Under the pieces are notes generated by a model. It saw nothing but the letters and a program-made list of their open reading frames with translations, searched no databases and had not been told where the DNA came from. 64,000 nt of DNA, taken from assembly GCF_009914755.1 (NCBI RefSeq), contig NC_060948.1. One strand, written 5' to 3'. A program made the position numbers and the translations under genes. This stretch comes from the human T2T-CHM13v2.0 reference genome, Homo sapiens. Position 1 is the first letter of the stretch, and each line of letters begins with the position of its first letter. Of this stretch, positions 1 to 15,446 are shown piece after piece.

Positions 1-2003
<2,003 letters not shown>

Positions 2004-3496
2004 GAATTCATGTAATGGGTCCTAATGGGAAAGCTACTTTTATTCCCACAGGTTTTACTATTCTAGGAAGATTCCTTGGGCTTAACAATTACTGCTATTG
2101 ATTTTCCTTGAGTGAAATAAAAAACCCCAAAAACAAATACACTCCTGGTTTTAATTAGGCAGAAAAAAATGGTTAACAGATTGCACTCTTAATTAGCATT
2201 GTTCATCCAAGTGTTTCTCATTCCATGACAACGGATTATAAAGAGGAGTAAAAATGGATTCCAGATTGGTAGTGCATCAGATGTAGTGTTGGATGTATAG
2301 AGGATATGATAATATGCTAAAGAACTGTTTGGTACTTGTCAGAGGAAGGCACAAAGCACACGCAAGAAGTAATTATCAACACTGACAGTCTGGAAGGCAA
2401 AGGGGCAGAATGTCTCTGGCTTGCTAACCAAAGTTGTTACGTAGACAAGCTCTGATGAAGGCAATAATCCTTTATCATCCAATTATTTATCAAATGTACC
2501 CTAATTAGTTTGTAGGACTGGTTATAAAACAAAGCTTATTGATTAAATGTTCCCTTTATGCACATTAATGGCTGACTGAAAAATATTATGTAAAATCTCT
2601 GTAATTTTTTGTTTTTGTCATTTTTTAAAATTGAGATGTTAGAACTGAAGGAATAGCAATCCAGACTAAATGGGAAAATGCTACTGATCTTGCTTTATAA
2701 ATGCAGGTCAAATCCTATTATAACAAATACCAGTTCAATGAAAATGTGCCTAATTAAAAGATTCCCAGGGTTCAGCTGATGACCCACTTACTTCAAGATT
2801 TATTCAATATAATAAATATCAGATAAGCACTACAATTTGGACATCCTCTAGTATTTGTTTCCTTTAAATATACCCTGCATTGAAAAAATTTTAAATTAGC
2901 AAATAAGAAAAATTTGAGAATACTGACCAAAGATTACCTGGCTCTTACTTTTAGGATAATTTAAAAATGCTAAACCATCTAAATTGAGTAGTTCCTAATT
3001 TATAGAATTTATAAACGTTAGACCCAATAATATACATAGTAATTAAAAACCAAGAGCTACAAGTGTCTAATGTATTTGCAGTTCAGAATTTTTTCTTTAA
3101 CTACAAAGACTCAAAAGAAAAATAATTTTTTTTATGTTGGAAAATTACTGTCAAAAGAAAGTTTTACTACTAATTGTATGAACCCAGCATCTTATATTAG
3201 GGTTATTTTGTGGTATGAGAAAAGAGACTGAGCTTTCAAATTCTCATCAATATCTACCTGGTGTGGTTCCCATTAGAAATGCAAGTGAATCTGAAAGTTT
3301 TTCCACTTTTCCTGAGTAACAAATCAGAGATGATCAGAGCTGTTACTAAGGGAACTTCTCAACTTTTAGACACAAAAAAGATACTGAACTAATGGAAACT
3401 TCATATGAAAGCCAAAAGTAGCAGTAAAAAAAATTATTTCATTATTTAGGATCAACAGACTCCAAAACAGCAATATTAGGAGCATACCACTTATAA

Positions 3497-3938
<442 letters not shown>

Positions 3939-4282
3939 TAAAAATATTTATTATTTTCAAAATACAAAGTAGAGAAGGTAAACAAAAATCTTTTTGGCTG
4001 GTGAGGACATGCACTATCTTCTACATGAGTGATTTTTCATTAGGGAGTATATCAGCTGCTGTTACGAGTTTAAAAGTAAACATATATAATAAAGGTTTGT
4101 TTTCTAGTCACTGAAAAATCATCCTGCCTTTTGTTTTCTCAAGTTAAAAATAATAACTTGTTTGACTTACAGTTTATAGTTTGCCTTTACTACTGCTTGA
4201 ACATTTGACGAAAGGTACAGTGTCCAAAATATTCTCTCCATGTGAATAGCTATTATTTTAAAATTCTCTCTGAGGATATTTT

Positions 4283-4292
4283 CCTTATATGG
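4283..4292. promoter_or_regulatory. Consensus CArG box (SRF site) CCTTATATGG
   Basis: Exact CC(A/T)6GG in apparently unique sequence, 2.8 kb 3' of the sm-M20 first exon; function not shown. Confidence 0.4.
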
Positions 4293-4869
4293 GGGCATTT
4301 ACTCTTTAGCCCTGTTAACAACACTCAAAAAACAATCAAACTTTTAACTGCTGGCTGAAATTTCAATCTTCCGTTTTGAAGAATGTTGGATCAGGTGCTG
4401 TCCCTCTGTAACTCTGTGCCATCTCTAGAAGAAACTGTATGTATGTATACAAACAAGTCAAAGAAGTTTGGAAGAGGACAGTAAGAGAGCTGTCCTGACT
4501 TTAACTCTGAAATGCACACAGAAACTTCCCAGTATCTTTACTGTAAAGACTCAAGCATTTCCACTTTTCTAGAGAAATACAAAGACCCTGAAGCCCACAA
4601 GCTCTCAGATTCTGTGGGCTCCATGGTCCCAGAGAGTATGACTGGGATTTGAGAACCAGGCATAGGAGATTCAGTTATGGCCTGCCAATTCCCTCCCTTG
4701 GCCTATAAATACAGTTTCCCTCCTTCCTGCAATTTCAGTTTCCTGTGTCTCCATCAAGGATACATTTTGGACTCCCACAGCTACTTAAGCTTTTAACTGT
4801 CATCTTTGTCCTTTAGCATGTTCTTAAACTTGACCTTCAAATATATTTGAGACGTACTCCAATGTTGCT

Positions 4870-5030
4870 GGGAATATGGGGTTTTAGAGTCAGAGAGCTT
4901 GGTGCTTTAATCAAGGCTCTGCTGCTTACTAGTTGAGCAATGCTGGGCAAGCCATTTCTCTTCTATGTACCTCAGTTTCCTCATATGTAAAATAGGGATA
5001 CCAATACCCACCTTTCAGGGTGGCTGAGGA
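4870..5030 (+). mobile_element. MIR
   Basis: MIR core cctcagtttcctcatatgtaaaataggg. Confidence 0.75.
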
Positions 5031-7092
5031 TCAGCCAGTTGCAACCAGGCATCAAAAGGCATATGAGCACAACACCACCATCACAAAACCAGTTGTTAAA
5101 ATACACTCAAAACCAGTTTTTAAAGACTACCCTAATTAGTTGGACATGAGAGAAAATGAACTAGGTTAAGGGAGATCTTGCGAGATGAAATCTTCATTTT
5201 ATACCCAGTCCTTAGTGTCAGCAGCCACCAAATGAGTCTTGCATATCTTTCTCTGACATTAAAGACATAAGCAACATAATGGAACATGAGTGGTATATGA
5301 AAATCAACATTCTCTTTATTATAGTCTCAAGTCATTTGGACACTGGAAGTTAGTTAGAGTAAGTTGATGGTATTGTAGGAATCCACAGCCAGTGACCACT
5401 AAAATTGGGAAGCAGTATCTTATTAAGCCGTCTATGTTTTAGTTTCCTGTAATTCAGATTTTCTCCCACTGTGACCTCTGTCTAAAAGGCAGGGATGAGG
5501 GGTGGTGAAACGAGGGTAGGGAGGTTGGATGGCAGCTGTTAGAAGTGAGACAAGACGAAAGCAGTACCTAACTCTAAGAAAGCAAAGGAGAAACAGAAAG
5601 GGAAAATGGAGGAAGATCACCTAACAGGTTATTGTTGACTGCTCACCACATTGCTCTGGAACTATGGTTATAGTGGTGAAGAGACATTAATAAGGGGCTC
5701 TTTACAACTAAAGGTACTACACAGTATAAGAGGGAAGGGAGCAAAGTTAAACACTAACTGAAGTAAGGTGTTCAGTTTTGCGGACCTCAATTGGTAGCCA
5801 CCAAAAAATACCCAACAGCTAGTGGGGTGAAAGCATTCTGTGGCTCCTTGGGAAAAAGAGGTACCAGTCTATGTGTTGAAGAGACACTCCTGGAACTCGA
5901 TGACAGTAACATATATATTGGAGCCCCTCTTGGTGCTCTCACAAAAACTTGTGAATAAAATAACTTCGTAACAATATTCTTTTGGTATTCTCATCCCTAG
6001 CTGAGGTCTTAGACCAACATGCCATATACCAAATTCCACTACATGGTAATTTATACTGGTAAGAAAGACATTGAAAATGCATACAAAATAATTGGGGAAA
6101 AAAACCCCACACTAGTCTATCCAGGCTTCTTGCAAATTTTCTCCCCATAGCTCCCTAAATAAGGAAGCTATGGCCGTCCTTCTTCTTACTCTGTATATAC
6201 AGCAAAGCACAATCTAGTTCCTGAAAAAGTAACTGCTACATTGCCTGCTACCTAATATGCCCATCAGAGCTTCTCATCCCTTGCTATTGGTAGCAGTTGT
6301 TGCTTTTGTCAGCTTCCCACAGAGGAAGACACTAAATCAGATGCAAATGCCTATATGTAAATCTCTTCGCTGAGACATTCATTAGAGAAAATGGAGAAAA
6401 GTCCCAAATGGCTCTACCTAGGACATCGCAAACACCTCCATACAGCTGGTTGTCAATGGCCAAGAGTTAGTTCTTTGGCTTTTAAGCAAGAAATTTCCTG
6501 AAGGTACTTGGTGATTAAGGAGTAAGATTCCAAGTGGCCATAACTCCTTGCTCCTTGCTCATTTTGGTCTTTCTCACAGACAGACATACAAACTAGGCAA
6601 AAGCATACTCTACCTCACATACATACACACACAAATACACACACAGAACTTGCTAAACTGAAGTTTAATGTATATAGTTGTGTGGCCATTTAGGAGGTTT
6701 TTCTCTTGAAACATAGTATTGACCCATAAAACACAAGAAAGGCAGTGACTAAAATAGCTGTAGAAATTAAGAAAAGCCTTGTAAGATAAAGTGATAAGGA
6801 CTGTAAAATCTTACTGTTAAGCAGTTTACAACTGATAGTTAAAAGCTAAAAGGCAGAAACTGTAGCCCGACATATTTAAGTCTGCTTTTACTTAAGACTA
6901 CATTAAGTATTATGAACCATAACCTCTTGCAGAGAAACTTACAGGGTCTTTACTTGCAATTTTTTTTCCTGTACTGATTCCCATATGCTCTGAAGTCCCT
7001 TTGCTCTAAACCTAATGCCCCAAGTTATATATACACACATTCTCTACCTTTGACACAGCTATGAACATATGTAAATAAAAAATGCTGCTTAG

Positions 7093-7194
7093 TCAGAGCA
7101 TCTTGGCAGTCAGGGAGGGAGATGCCGGGGGAGAATCAGACTGAGGTTTCCTATTCCTAGTGAATTCTTTACTTCGGGTATATAAAGAGGACAT
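7093..7194 (-). pseudogene. PPP1R12BP: PPP1R12B pseudogene: alternative first coding exon of the sm-M20 isoform
   Basis: Reads MSSLYTRSKEFTRNRKPQSDSPPASPSLTAKML*, matching the recalled sm-M20 N-terminus; last codon TGA (CGA expected) and donor reads CTAAGC instead of GTAAGC. Confidence 0.88.
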
Positions 7195-9045
7195 GGTTCC
7201 TCAGGATGCAGATAGACACGCAACCACTGGATTCTTCACACAAAGCTGGGAAATTTCCCCTTTAGGTTACCCTCACAGAATCTCTCCTTTTGACTTGATG
7301 CAAGATGACTTTGGATAGAACTAAATAAAGGATAAAAGCTGCCCTGTAAATTATAGTCTTGAGCTCTGAACCAGTCCCCAGTTACACAGAGTCTGAGTTC
7401 CATCAATATTTTCAATTCAGTTTTGACCACAGGTTCTCAGGACTGGTAGCTTACCGTAGAGGGTATTGTGCTGAGCAACACCTTTTATGCCTAGATTAAG
7501 TCCTTGATTCTCCTCAAAGCACACTTCTTATTGAGGCTTGCTCTCCAATAAAACCTGAGTGTAGGTTCCTGATGACACCAGATTAAATACTGGAGGAAAG
7601 ACCACCTTGGATCCTGCTGGCAGTGAGTCTGGGATCTACTATCACTTTATCCAGAGGGAAGAAATACAAATCCTGTGGAAATCATGCTGTCCTTCCTTAG
7701 CTTGACTCCACTGGGCTGTAAGGCATTTGGAACTACTATGATAAAATCAGGTCAGACAACTTAAAAATCAAAAACAAAAAAACGATAAATAAGGAACCAA
7801 GAGTTTATAAGAAGGAAGCAGTCTGAGGAAGTCAGGTTTCCCTAAGTCCTCCCAGATGAAGCTGCTTTTACATATAAACACTCACAGTCATACACACATC
7901 TTTTCCCCTCCCCTCTTCTATTTTCTGACATTCCAAACTCCTATTCACTCAGTGAAGAATGCTAGAGAGGAGCCAAGGGCAAAGATTCACTTTCAACTCA
8001 GAATTCGGGTTGCCACTTGTAGGAGGAAAAGAAAGCCTGCCAGCTTCTAGGAATAAAGGGAGGCTCTTTGGGGGCATGCTCAGGGGCAAACCTCACCAAC
8101 CTTCCAGTGTCCCCTGCCTCAGAGTAGGCAGCAGTCTCTAAGGCTGATTGCTCTGACTACTATGAGAAGGGGGATTTTTCAACTTCCAGATCTCTTAAGT
8201 AACAATGCCCAGACAGAAAAATTAGTCAAAGCACCTTCAGGCCCTTAATGTTCAATTTTAATGAGATGCCATTCCTGTTGCACCGTGAGGAAGCAAATTG
8301 AAGCTCTGGCTCACTGCAAAGAAAGTTATCTGTCCATTAAAGACATTACTGGCTGGATCTGTAAGTATAAAGCTTACCAGAGTTGCCTAAGATGCCACAA
8401 TCGGGAAAATGACAGTGGAAAGTGGTATAAAGGTGAGGGAAAAGAAAGAAGGGCCAGAAATGAAGAGAGAAAACAGACAGTAGTGCAATTGCAAGGCTAC
8501 AAGACTCAGTAGTACAGGGAAAATGAAATTAAAAAGAGAGGAATTTATTTGCATCGTGTTAAAGGATTTTGGATTTGACCTGGAAGAAACATCTAAAATT
8601 TAATCTTTTGCACTCTGTTGTTACCACTACACTAACCAAAATTTCTAGGCCAAATGTTTTCTAAGCCAACGGGTTTATCCCCAAAGTAACAACCGTCTTT
8701 TCTCTGGACTCTTGGAAACTCTAACCTGTTTTCCCTTTTTCCACATGAAATTTATACTTTTCACTTCAAACTTTCTCAACATGCTATTCTTTTCCCTCTA
8801 ATTGCCTTGACAACTTCTTTACTCCTATGATTAACTTTGTGAAATTAAATCAAGGGAAGTGATCAGCTACTTGGAAGTTGGTCTGAGGAATATAGGTTGA
8901 AAAGAGTTTTACAAACTCATTCTTTTAGATTGAGAGTGAATCAGAACCCCTTTATTAGGGATCCTGGAAATTACTCAGTCTTCCTTAAGAAGACTGATAA
9001 ATTCTATCATAAACTAGAATACACTGTGTCTCAAAGGCCAACTGT

Positions 9046-9365
9046 TGCCAGGTGCGATGGCTCACGCCTGTAATCCCAGAACTTTGGGAGGCCGAGGTGG
9101 GTAGATCACCTAAGGTCAGGAGTTCAAGACCAGCCTGACCAACATGGTGAAACCCTGTCTCTACTAAAAATACAAAAAATTAGTCAGGTGTTGTGGGGGG
9201 CACCTGTAGTCCCAGCTATTGCACAGGAGGCTGAGGCAGGAGAATCACTTGAAACAGTGAGGCAGAAGTTGTGGTAAGCCGAGATCGTGCCATTGCACTC
9301 TAGCCTGGGCGACAAGAACAAAACTCTGTCTCAAAAACAAACAAACAAACAAACAAAATAAAAAG
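9046..9365 (+). mobile_element. AluS (Sx/Sq-like)
   Basis: Full dimer with (AAAC)n tail. Confidence 0.93.
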
Positions 9366-9862
9366 CAAATTATATTGGGAATTCAGATCGTATATGATAT
9401 ATATTATGGATATAGCTTATATAGCTAATCTCATCTGATAAGGTGAGTCTCCATTAGATCTTTTCACTTAAAGAAATACTGATGTAAACCTAAATACTAA
9501 CATTCCCATGCTTGGTAGCATGACTGGCTAGGGAAAGGTTAGTGACACTTTTCTGATATGTTGAATGAAAGTCACCAGTTTATATTATTCCTTAAAGGCA
9601 TGGCAAGAACAACTTGATCAGACACAGTTTCCTGACCTGTTTCTGTAAGATTCATACAGTGATTTCACACTCACTGGCAATTAGAGAGGGAATGTAAACC
9701 TCTTTTACTCCAAACTGGCCTCTTTGTCTCTTTTTACTTCTATCTTATGTCCACTTCTAGGAAGTAGTAACAATGACAAACTCTTTTATATTTTATAAAG
9801 TGTTTTAACATATATTATCTCACCTGATCCTCTCAACCACACTGAAAATGTATACTACTGTA

Positions 9863-11188
9863 CAGTCATGACCTGCATAACTGATGTTTCTGTCAACAAA
9901 CCACACATACAATGGTGGTCGCATAAGACTATAATGGAAGTGAAAAATTCTTATCACCTGGTATTTACTTTTTTTTTTTTTTTTTTTTTTGAGACAGAGT
10001 CTCAGTCTGTCGCCCAGGCTGGAGTGCAGTGGCGTGATCTTGGCTCACTGAAAGCTCTGCCTCCTGGGTTCACGCCATTCTCCTGCCTCGGCCTCCCAAG
10101 TAGCTGGGACTACAAGCGCCTGCCACCATGCCCGGCTAATTTTCTTTTTTTGTATTTTTAGTAGAGACAGGGTTTCACCATGTTAGCCAGGATGGTCTTG
10201 ATCTTCTGACCTTGTGATTGGCCTGACTTGGCCTCCCAAAGTGCTGGGATTACACGCATGAGCCACTATGCCCGGCCTAACCTGGTATTTACTATACTAT
10301 ATTTTTAATCATTATTTTAGAGTGTACTTCTCCTTCTACTTATATATAAAAAAGTTAACTGTAAAACTGCCTCAGGCAGGTTCTTCAGGAGATATTCTGA
10401 AGAAGGCATTGTTATGATAGGAAGTGACAGCTCCATGCAGGAAGACCTTCCAATGGGATAAGATGTGGAAGTGAAAGACAGTGATACTGATGATTCTGAC
10501 CCTGTGTAGGCCTAAGCTAATGTGTGTGTGTCTTAGTTTTTAATAAGAAAGTTTTAAAGTTAAAAAAAAAAAAACAGATAAAAGCTTATAGATTAAGAAT
10601 ATAGAGAAATATTTTTGTACAGCGTTATGTGTTTGTGTTTTAAGCTAAGTATTACTGCAAAAGTGTCAAAACGTTAAATTTTAAAAATGTATAAAGTAAA
10701 AAAATTATAGTAAACTAAGGTTATTTATTACTGAAGAAAGAAAAAACTTTTTTATAACTTTAGGGTAGCCTAAGTGCACAGTGTTAATAGTCTATAGTAG
10801 TGTACGGTAATGTCCTAGGCCTTCACTCACCACTTGCTCACTGACTCACCCAAAGCAACTTCTAGTCCTGTAAGGTGCATTCATTCATGGTAAGTGCCCT
10901 ATACAGGTATATCATTTTTATTCTTTTACTCAGTATTTTTACAATGCCTTTTCTATGTTTAGACACACAAATGTTTATCATGTTCCAGCTCTACAATATT
11001 CAAAATAGTAACATGCTGTACAGGTTTGTATCCTAGGAGTAATAGGCTATACCACATAGCCTAGGTGTGTAGTAGGCTGTACCATCTAGGTTTGTGTTAA
11101 ATTCACTCTGTGATGTTTGCTCAGGGACGAAATTGCCTAACAACTCATTTCTTAGAATGTGTCCCTGTCGTTAAGGGACTCGTGACCA
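9863..11188 (+). mobile_element. Tigger3b-like Tc1/mariner non-autonomous DNA transposon, inserted in an antisense MIR
   Basis: Starts TA|CAGTCATG, ends with degenerate inverted terminus followed by TA; MIR halves at ~9780-9860 and ~11191-11270. Confidence 0.8.
9969..10277 (-). mobile_element. AluY/Sc-like, nested in the Tigger
   Basis: Poly(T), Alu dimer, TSD acctggtatttact at 9956-9969 and 10280-10293. Confidence 0.95.
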
Positions 11189-12109
11189 TATTACTATCTT
11201 ACAGATGAAGAAAGCGAAGTTCTGAAAGGTTAAGTGTCTTGGCCAAAGACACACAGCCAGTAAAAGGGGAACAAAATACAACTGCCTGAAGAATAAACTT
11301 TGGTTGATTAAAGTAAAGTAAAAACAGATCTGAAAAGATCTACCAATTCAAATCCTTCAGTAAAATCCTGGGTATTTGAGACACTTGCAGGAACACATCA
11401 GATATACAGAGAAACAGAGAAAAATTCTCCAGAAAGTTGAATGTAAGCTCTTTCTTTCTTCACTTGTCTTTTTGTAGATTTAATTTTTTTCAACCCAGCC
11501 AACAAGCATTTATTGTTCCTTTCTGACTGTAAAGATATTAATTCCCCTGTAAAAATAAGAACTGAATGGAAATATTCTTGACCACAGACTTCTACAGGAT
11601 GAGCTTTGCAAACAGCCACTTGTTTAGAAAATAACTCATTCCAGATAAGCAGGATAGGAATGCTGAGTTCATCTATTTTATTTCTTGTAGGTAAAAAAGA
11701 GGGAAGAAAAAAGTCTATAAACTTTAGGGCGTTGCTATAATGGAATTAAGAGCACCAGGTAGTCAGCTCAACAGAGTTTCCAACAAATATAAGAACTATC
11801 AAATAGAGGAACTGCATAAGTTTGTTTTTGAGATGGGACATATCTAATGTGTGAATAAACCAATAAAATGTCTCCATGATGTGAATACTAATCATCGACT
11901 GTCATTGACTCAACTCTCCCAAAAGTTAGTAAAGGAATAAATTAATGAACCAGTTGAGTAATTTCTACTTTTTCCTCTTTTTATTTTTTTAAATTAAAAA
12001 AACCCAAATGGCATGGTTTAAGGGTGATGTTTGATAAAATGCTCCCCAGTGATGATTTCCAATGCTAGCAATATACCATGGTGCTGTACACATGGTTTGG
12101 GAAGGTTGT

Positions 12110-12260
12110 GTATTTGAGGTCAGATATCCTGGGTTGAAATTCTAACCCCTGCTTAACTGACTGATATGATCAAGTTCTTCAGCCTCATTGAATCTTATTT
12201 GGTTCATCACCCAAAATAGTGATGAGGATGCTTATTTACAGAGTTGTTATATGGTTTAGG

Positions 12261-12300
<40 letters not shown>

Positions 12301-12345
12301 ATCCATCACAGTGCCTAGCATGTGGTCATGCTCAATACATGGTCA
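12110..12345 (+). mobile_element. MIR containing an (AC)n microsatellite
   Basis: MIR-like flanks; (AC)17 at 12263-12297. Confidence 0.65.
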
Positions 12346-13710
12346 TTATCACAAAAAAAACTTGGTTAACATGCATGTGCATTTATAAAATATATGTAAG
12401 AATCTAAATGAAAATCTGAAGCAAAGAGCTTAAATATCAGTTTTTATATTCTATGCACTTATTTTCCTTGTGATTATGTAAAAGGTTACTGAAAAAGATG
12501 ACAGAATCTTCTTTTCAAATGCTTTAAGAAAAAACTTATCTCTACCTATTTTCCTCCTTCCCTCTTCCCAGCTTTCCTTATTTCTCAGAAGGCAAAGAGC
12601 CCTGACAATAAGAGGAGGGTATAGTGGTGAGGTAGTAGCCTGGTCTACTTGGTTCTAATTAGGGGATTGCCTTTACTCAAGGGATTGAGCAAATAAGTAA
12701 ACATATTGAAAATGGCAACTAGGTTTCTCATTGTTAGAGAAGGCAGACATAAATACAAAAAAAAAGGGAAAGCTAGAAAGAACCCCATGTTGGTATGAAC
12801 TTATGATTTTCAATATAGAAAGATAAAGAAATAAAGACGTAAATGTATGTGTATATGTAAGCAAATGCATCCATATGTATGTCTTTCCTAGCTCTGTCCA
12901 CTGAAAGGGGCCTGGGAAGAGCAACACTAGAGCAGCATTTAGCATACCTAGTGCCCAGATCATTGTTTCTGAATGCCACTTTCTACTAAGAGGAACAGGG
13001 CTCCCTGGAGAAATGGCTAATTCCAGAGCTGGGGTAAGGAAAGAAAATGAGCCTGTTCTCTTGCACTAGAAGGTGAGAAAGTCCTCAAACAATACTTAAA
13101 TGATATGACGCAAGGACACAGAAGCCTGCTTAAAAAGCCAAACCTGTGATAATAAGAGCATCATAATAAATAATGACAGCAATGAATTATAACCCACTGA
13201 CTAGGAACCCATGAGTAGACATTGATATAAGTAAATGAGTGAAAAAAATAAATGAGAGGAGAACAGCTTCTTGCTTACAATAGAATGCCTACTAATAAAT
13301 GTAGAAGGGGTAATAAAGTTAGAAAAATTACCATTTGGCAACCATGACTGTAAAATCAATCCAAGAAAGAAGTATTAATGGATGTTCAAAGTAGTGGGTA
13401 AAAGTAGAGGAGAAACTGGAGTTTACATAATCTCAAAGGACCACATCTCACAACATTTATTAATCACAAAGGAGGAAAAACTAACTTTACCATGGAGAAA
13501 CCTGGCAGATGTCATCTCAATCCAGTCATCAAAGACGAGACCACTAGTAACGTGACAAACTGACAGCATGAAATGAGAAGAGCACAGTATCACTTCTATG
13601 ACATTGTGGCCAAAAATGCATAAACTGGGTCTAATCATGAGAAAACACTGAATAAACCTAAACTGAGGGACATATATGACTGGCCTGCTATCTTCAAAAA
13701 TATCAAGGTC

Positions 13711-14035
13711 AGCCAGGCGTGATGGCTCATGCCCATAATCTCAGCACTTTGGGAGGCTAAGGAGAGCAAATCTTTTGAGCCCAGGGGTTCAAGATTAGCC
13801 TCGGCAATGTCACCAAACCGCGTCTCTACCAACAAAACAAAACAAAACAAAACAAAACAAAAACAAAATTAGCAAGGCATGGTGGCGCCCACCTGTAGTC
13901 CCAGCTACTCAAGATGCTGAGGTGGGAGGATCCTCTGAGCACAAGAGGCAGAGGATGCAGTGAGCTAAGATCACACTACTGCACTTCAGCCTGGGCAACA
14001 ACAAAACAAAACAAAACAAAACACCCCCAAAAAAC
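13711..14035 (+). mobile_element. AluJ
   Basis: Diverged dimer, (AAAAC)n linker and tail, TSD core caaggtca on both sides. Confidence 0.9.
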
Positions 14036-14158
14036 CAAGGTCATATAAGTCAAGGGAAGTCTAACTAGAGATACACAAAAATTCGGTATAGTGATCCTGG
14101 ATTGGATCTTTCTGCTGCCATGGACTTTATTAGGACAACTGGTAAAAATGTGAATGTG

Positions 14159-14441
<283 letters not shown>

Positions 14442-14823
14442 GTGAATGTGATAAATAGGTAAAGGATATACAGCAATTCTTTATTCTTGAAATATTTCTG
14501 TAAGTTTAATAGTGTTTAAAAAAATAGAGTTTTTTCATCTCACTACAGTGAGAAAAGGGCACAAGGAAGTGACTTTCTTTTTTAATTCCTGACAACTTTG
14601 AAAGATAGTCTCTCTTTACAGAGGACTCTAAGATTATATGTTCACCAAAGAATTGGGTTTGCTAATGGAAACAGGCAGTCACTTGGGCTGAAGGTACAAT
14701 GAGACTCATTATTAGGTTATGAATCAATTTAGTGGCCACAACCAGATCAATAAAAAGTGAATAAACAGAATAGCAAATGTTGGAATGCATTACACATAGT
14801 AGACTAAGGTATAGGTATGTTTT

Positions 14824-15446
14824 TGTCAAAGGTGTTTGAACCAGAGGAACTCTATCTTGAATAGGGGCTGGGTAAATAAGGCTGAGACCTACTGGGCTGC
14901 ATTCCCAAGAGGTTAAGGCATTCTCAGTCACAGGATGAGATAGGAGGTCAGCACAAGATACAGGTCACAAAGACCTTGCTGATAAAACAGGTTGCGAGAA
15001 AGAAGCCAGCCAAAACCCACCAAAACCAAGACGGCAATGAGAGTGACCTCTGGTTGTCCTCATGACTCATTATACACTAATTATAAAATATCAGCATGCT
15101 AAGAGACACTCCCACCAGTGACATGACAGTTTACAAATGTCATGGCAACATCAGGAAGTTGCCCTATATGGTCTAAAATGGGGAGGAACCCTCAGTTCTG
15201 GAAATTGCCCACCTCTTTCCTGGAAAACTCGTGAATAATCCACCCCTTGTTTAGCATATAATCAAGAAGTAACCATAAAACCAGCAGCCCTTGGGGCTGC
15301 TCTGTCTATGGAGTCATTCTTTTATTCCTCCACTTTCTAAATGAACTTGCTTTCACTTTACTCTATGGACTTGCCCTGAATTCTTTCTTGAGTGAGATCT
15401 AAGAACCCTTTCTTGGGGTCCAGATTGGACTCCTTTTCTGGTAACA
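14824..15446 (+). mobile_element. MER41B solo LTR (ERV1)
   Basis: TG...CA termini, MER41 consensus match, B-type segment with GAS motifs at 15196-15225. Confidence 0.88.
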
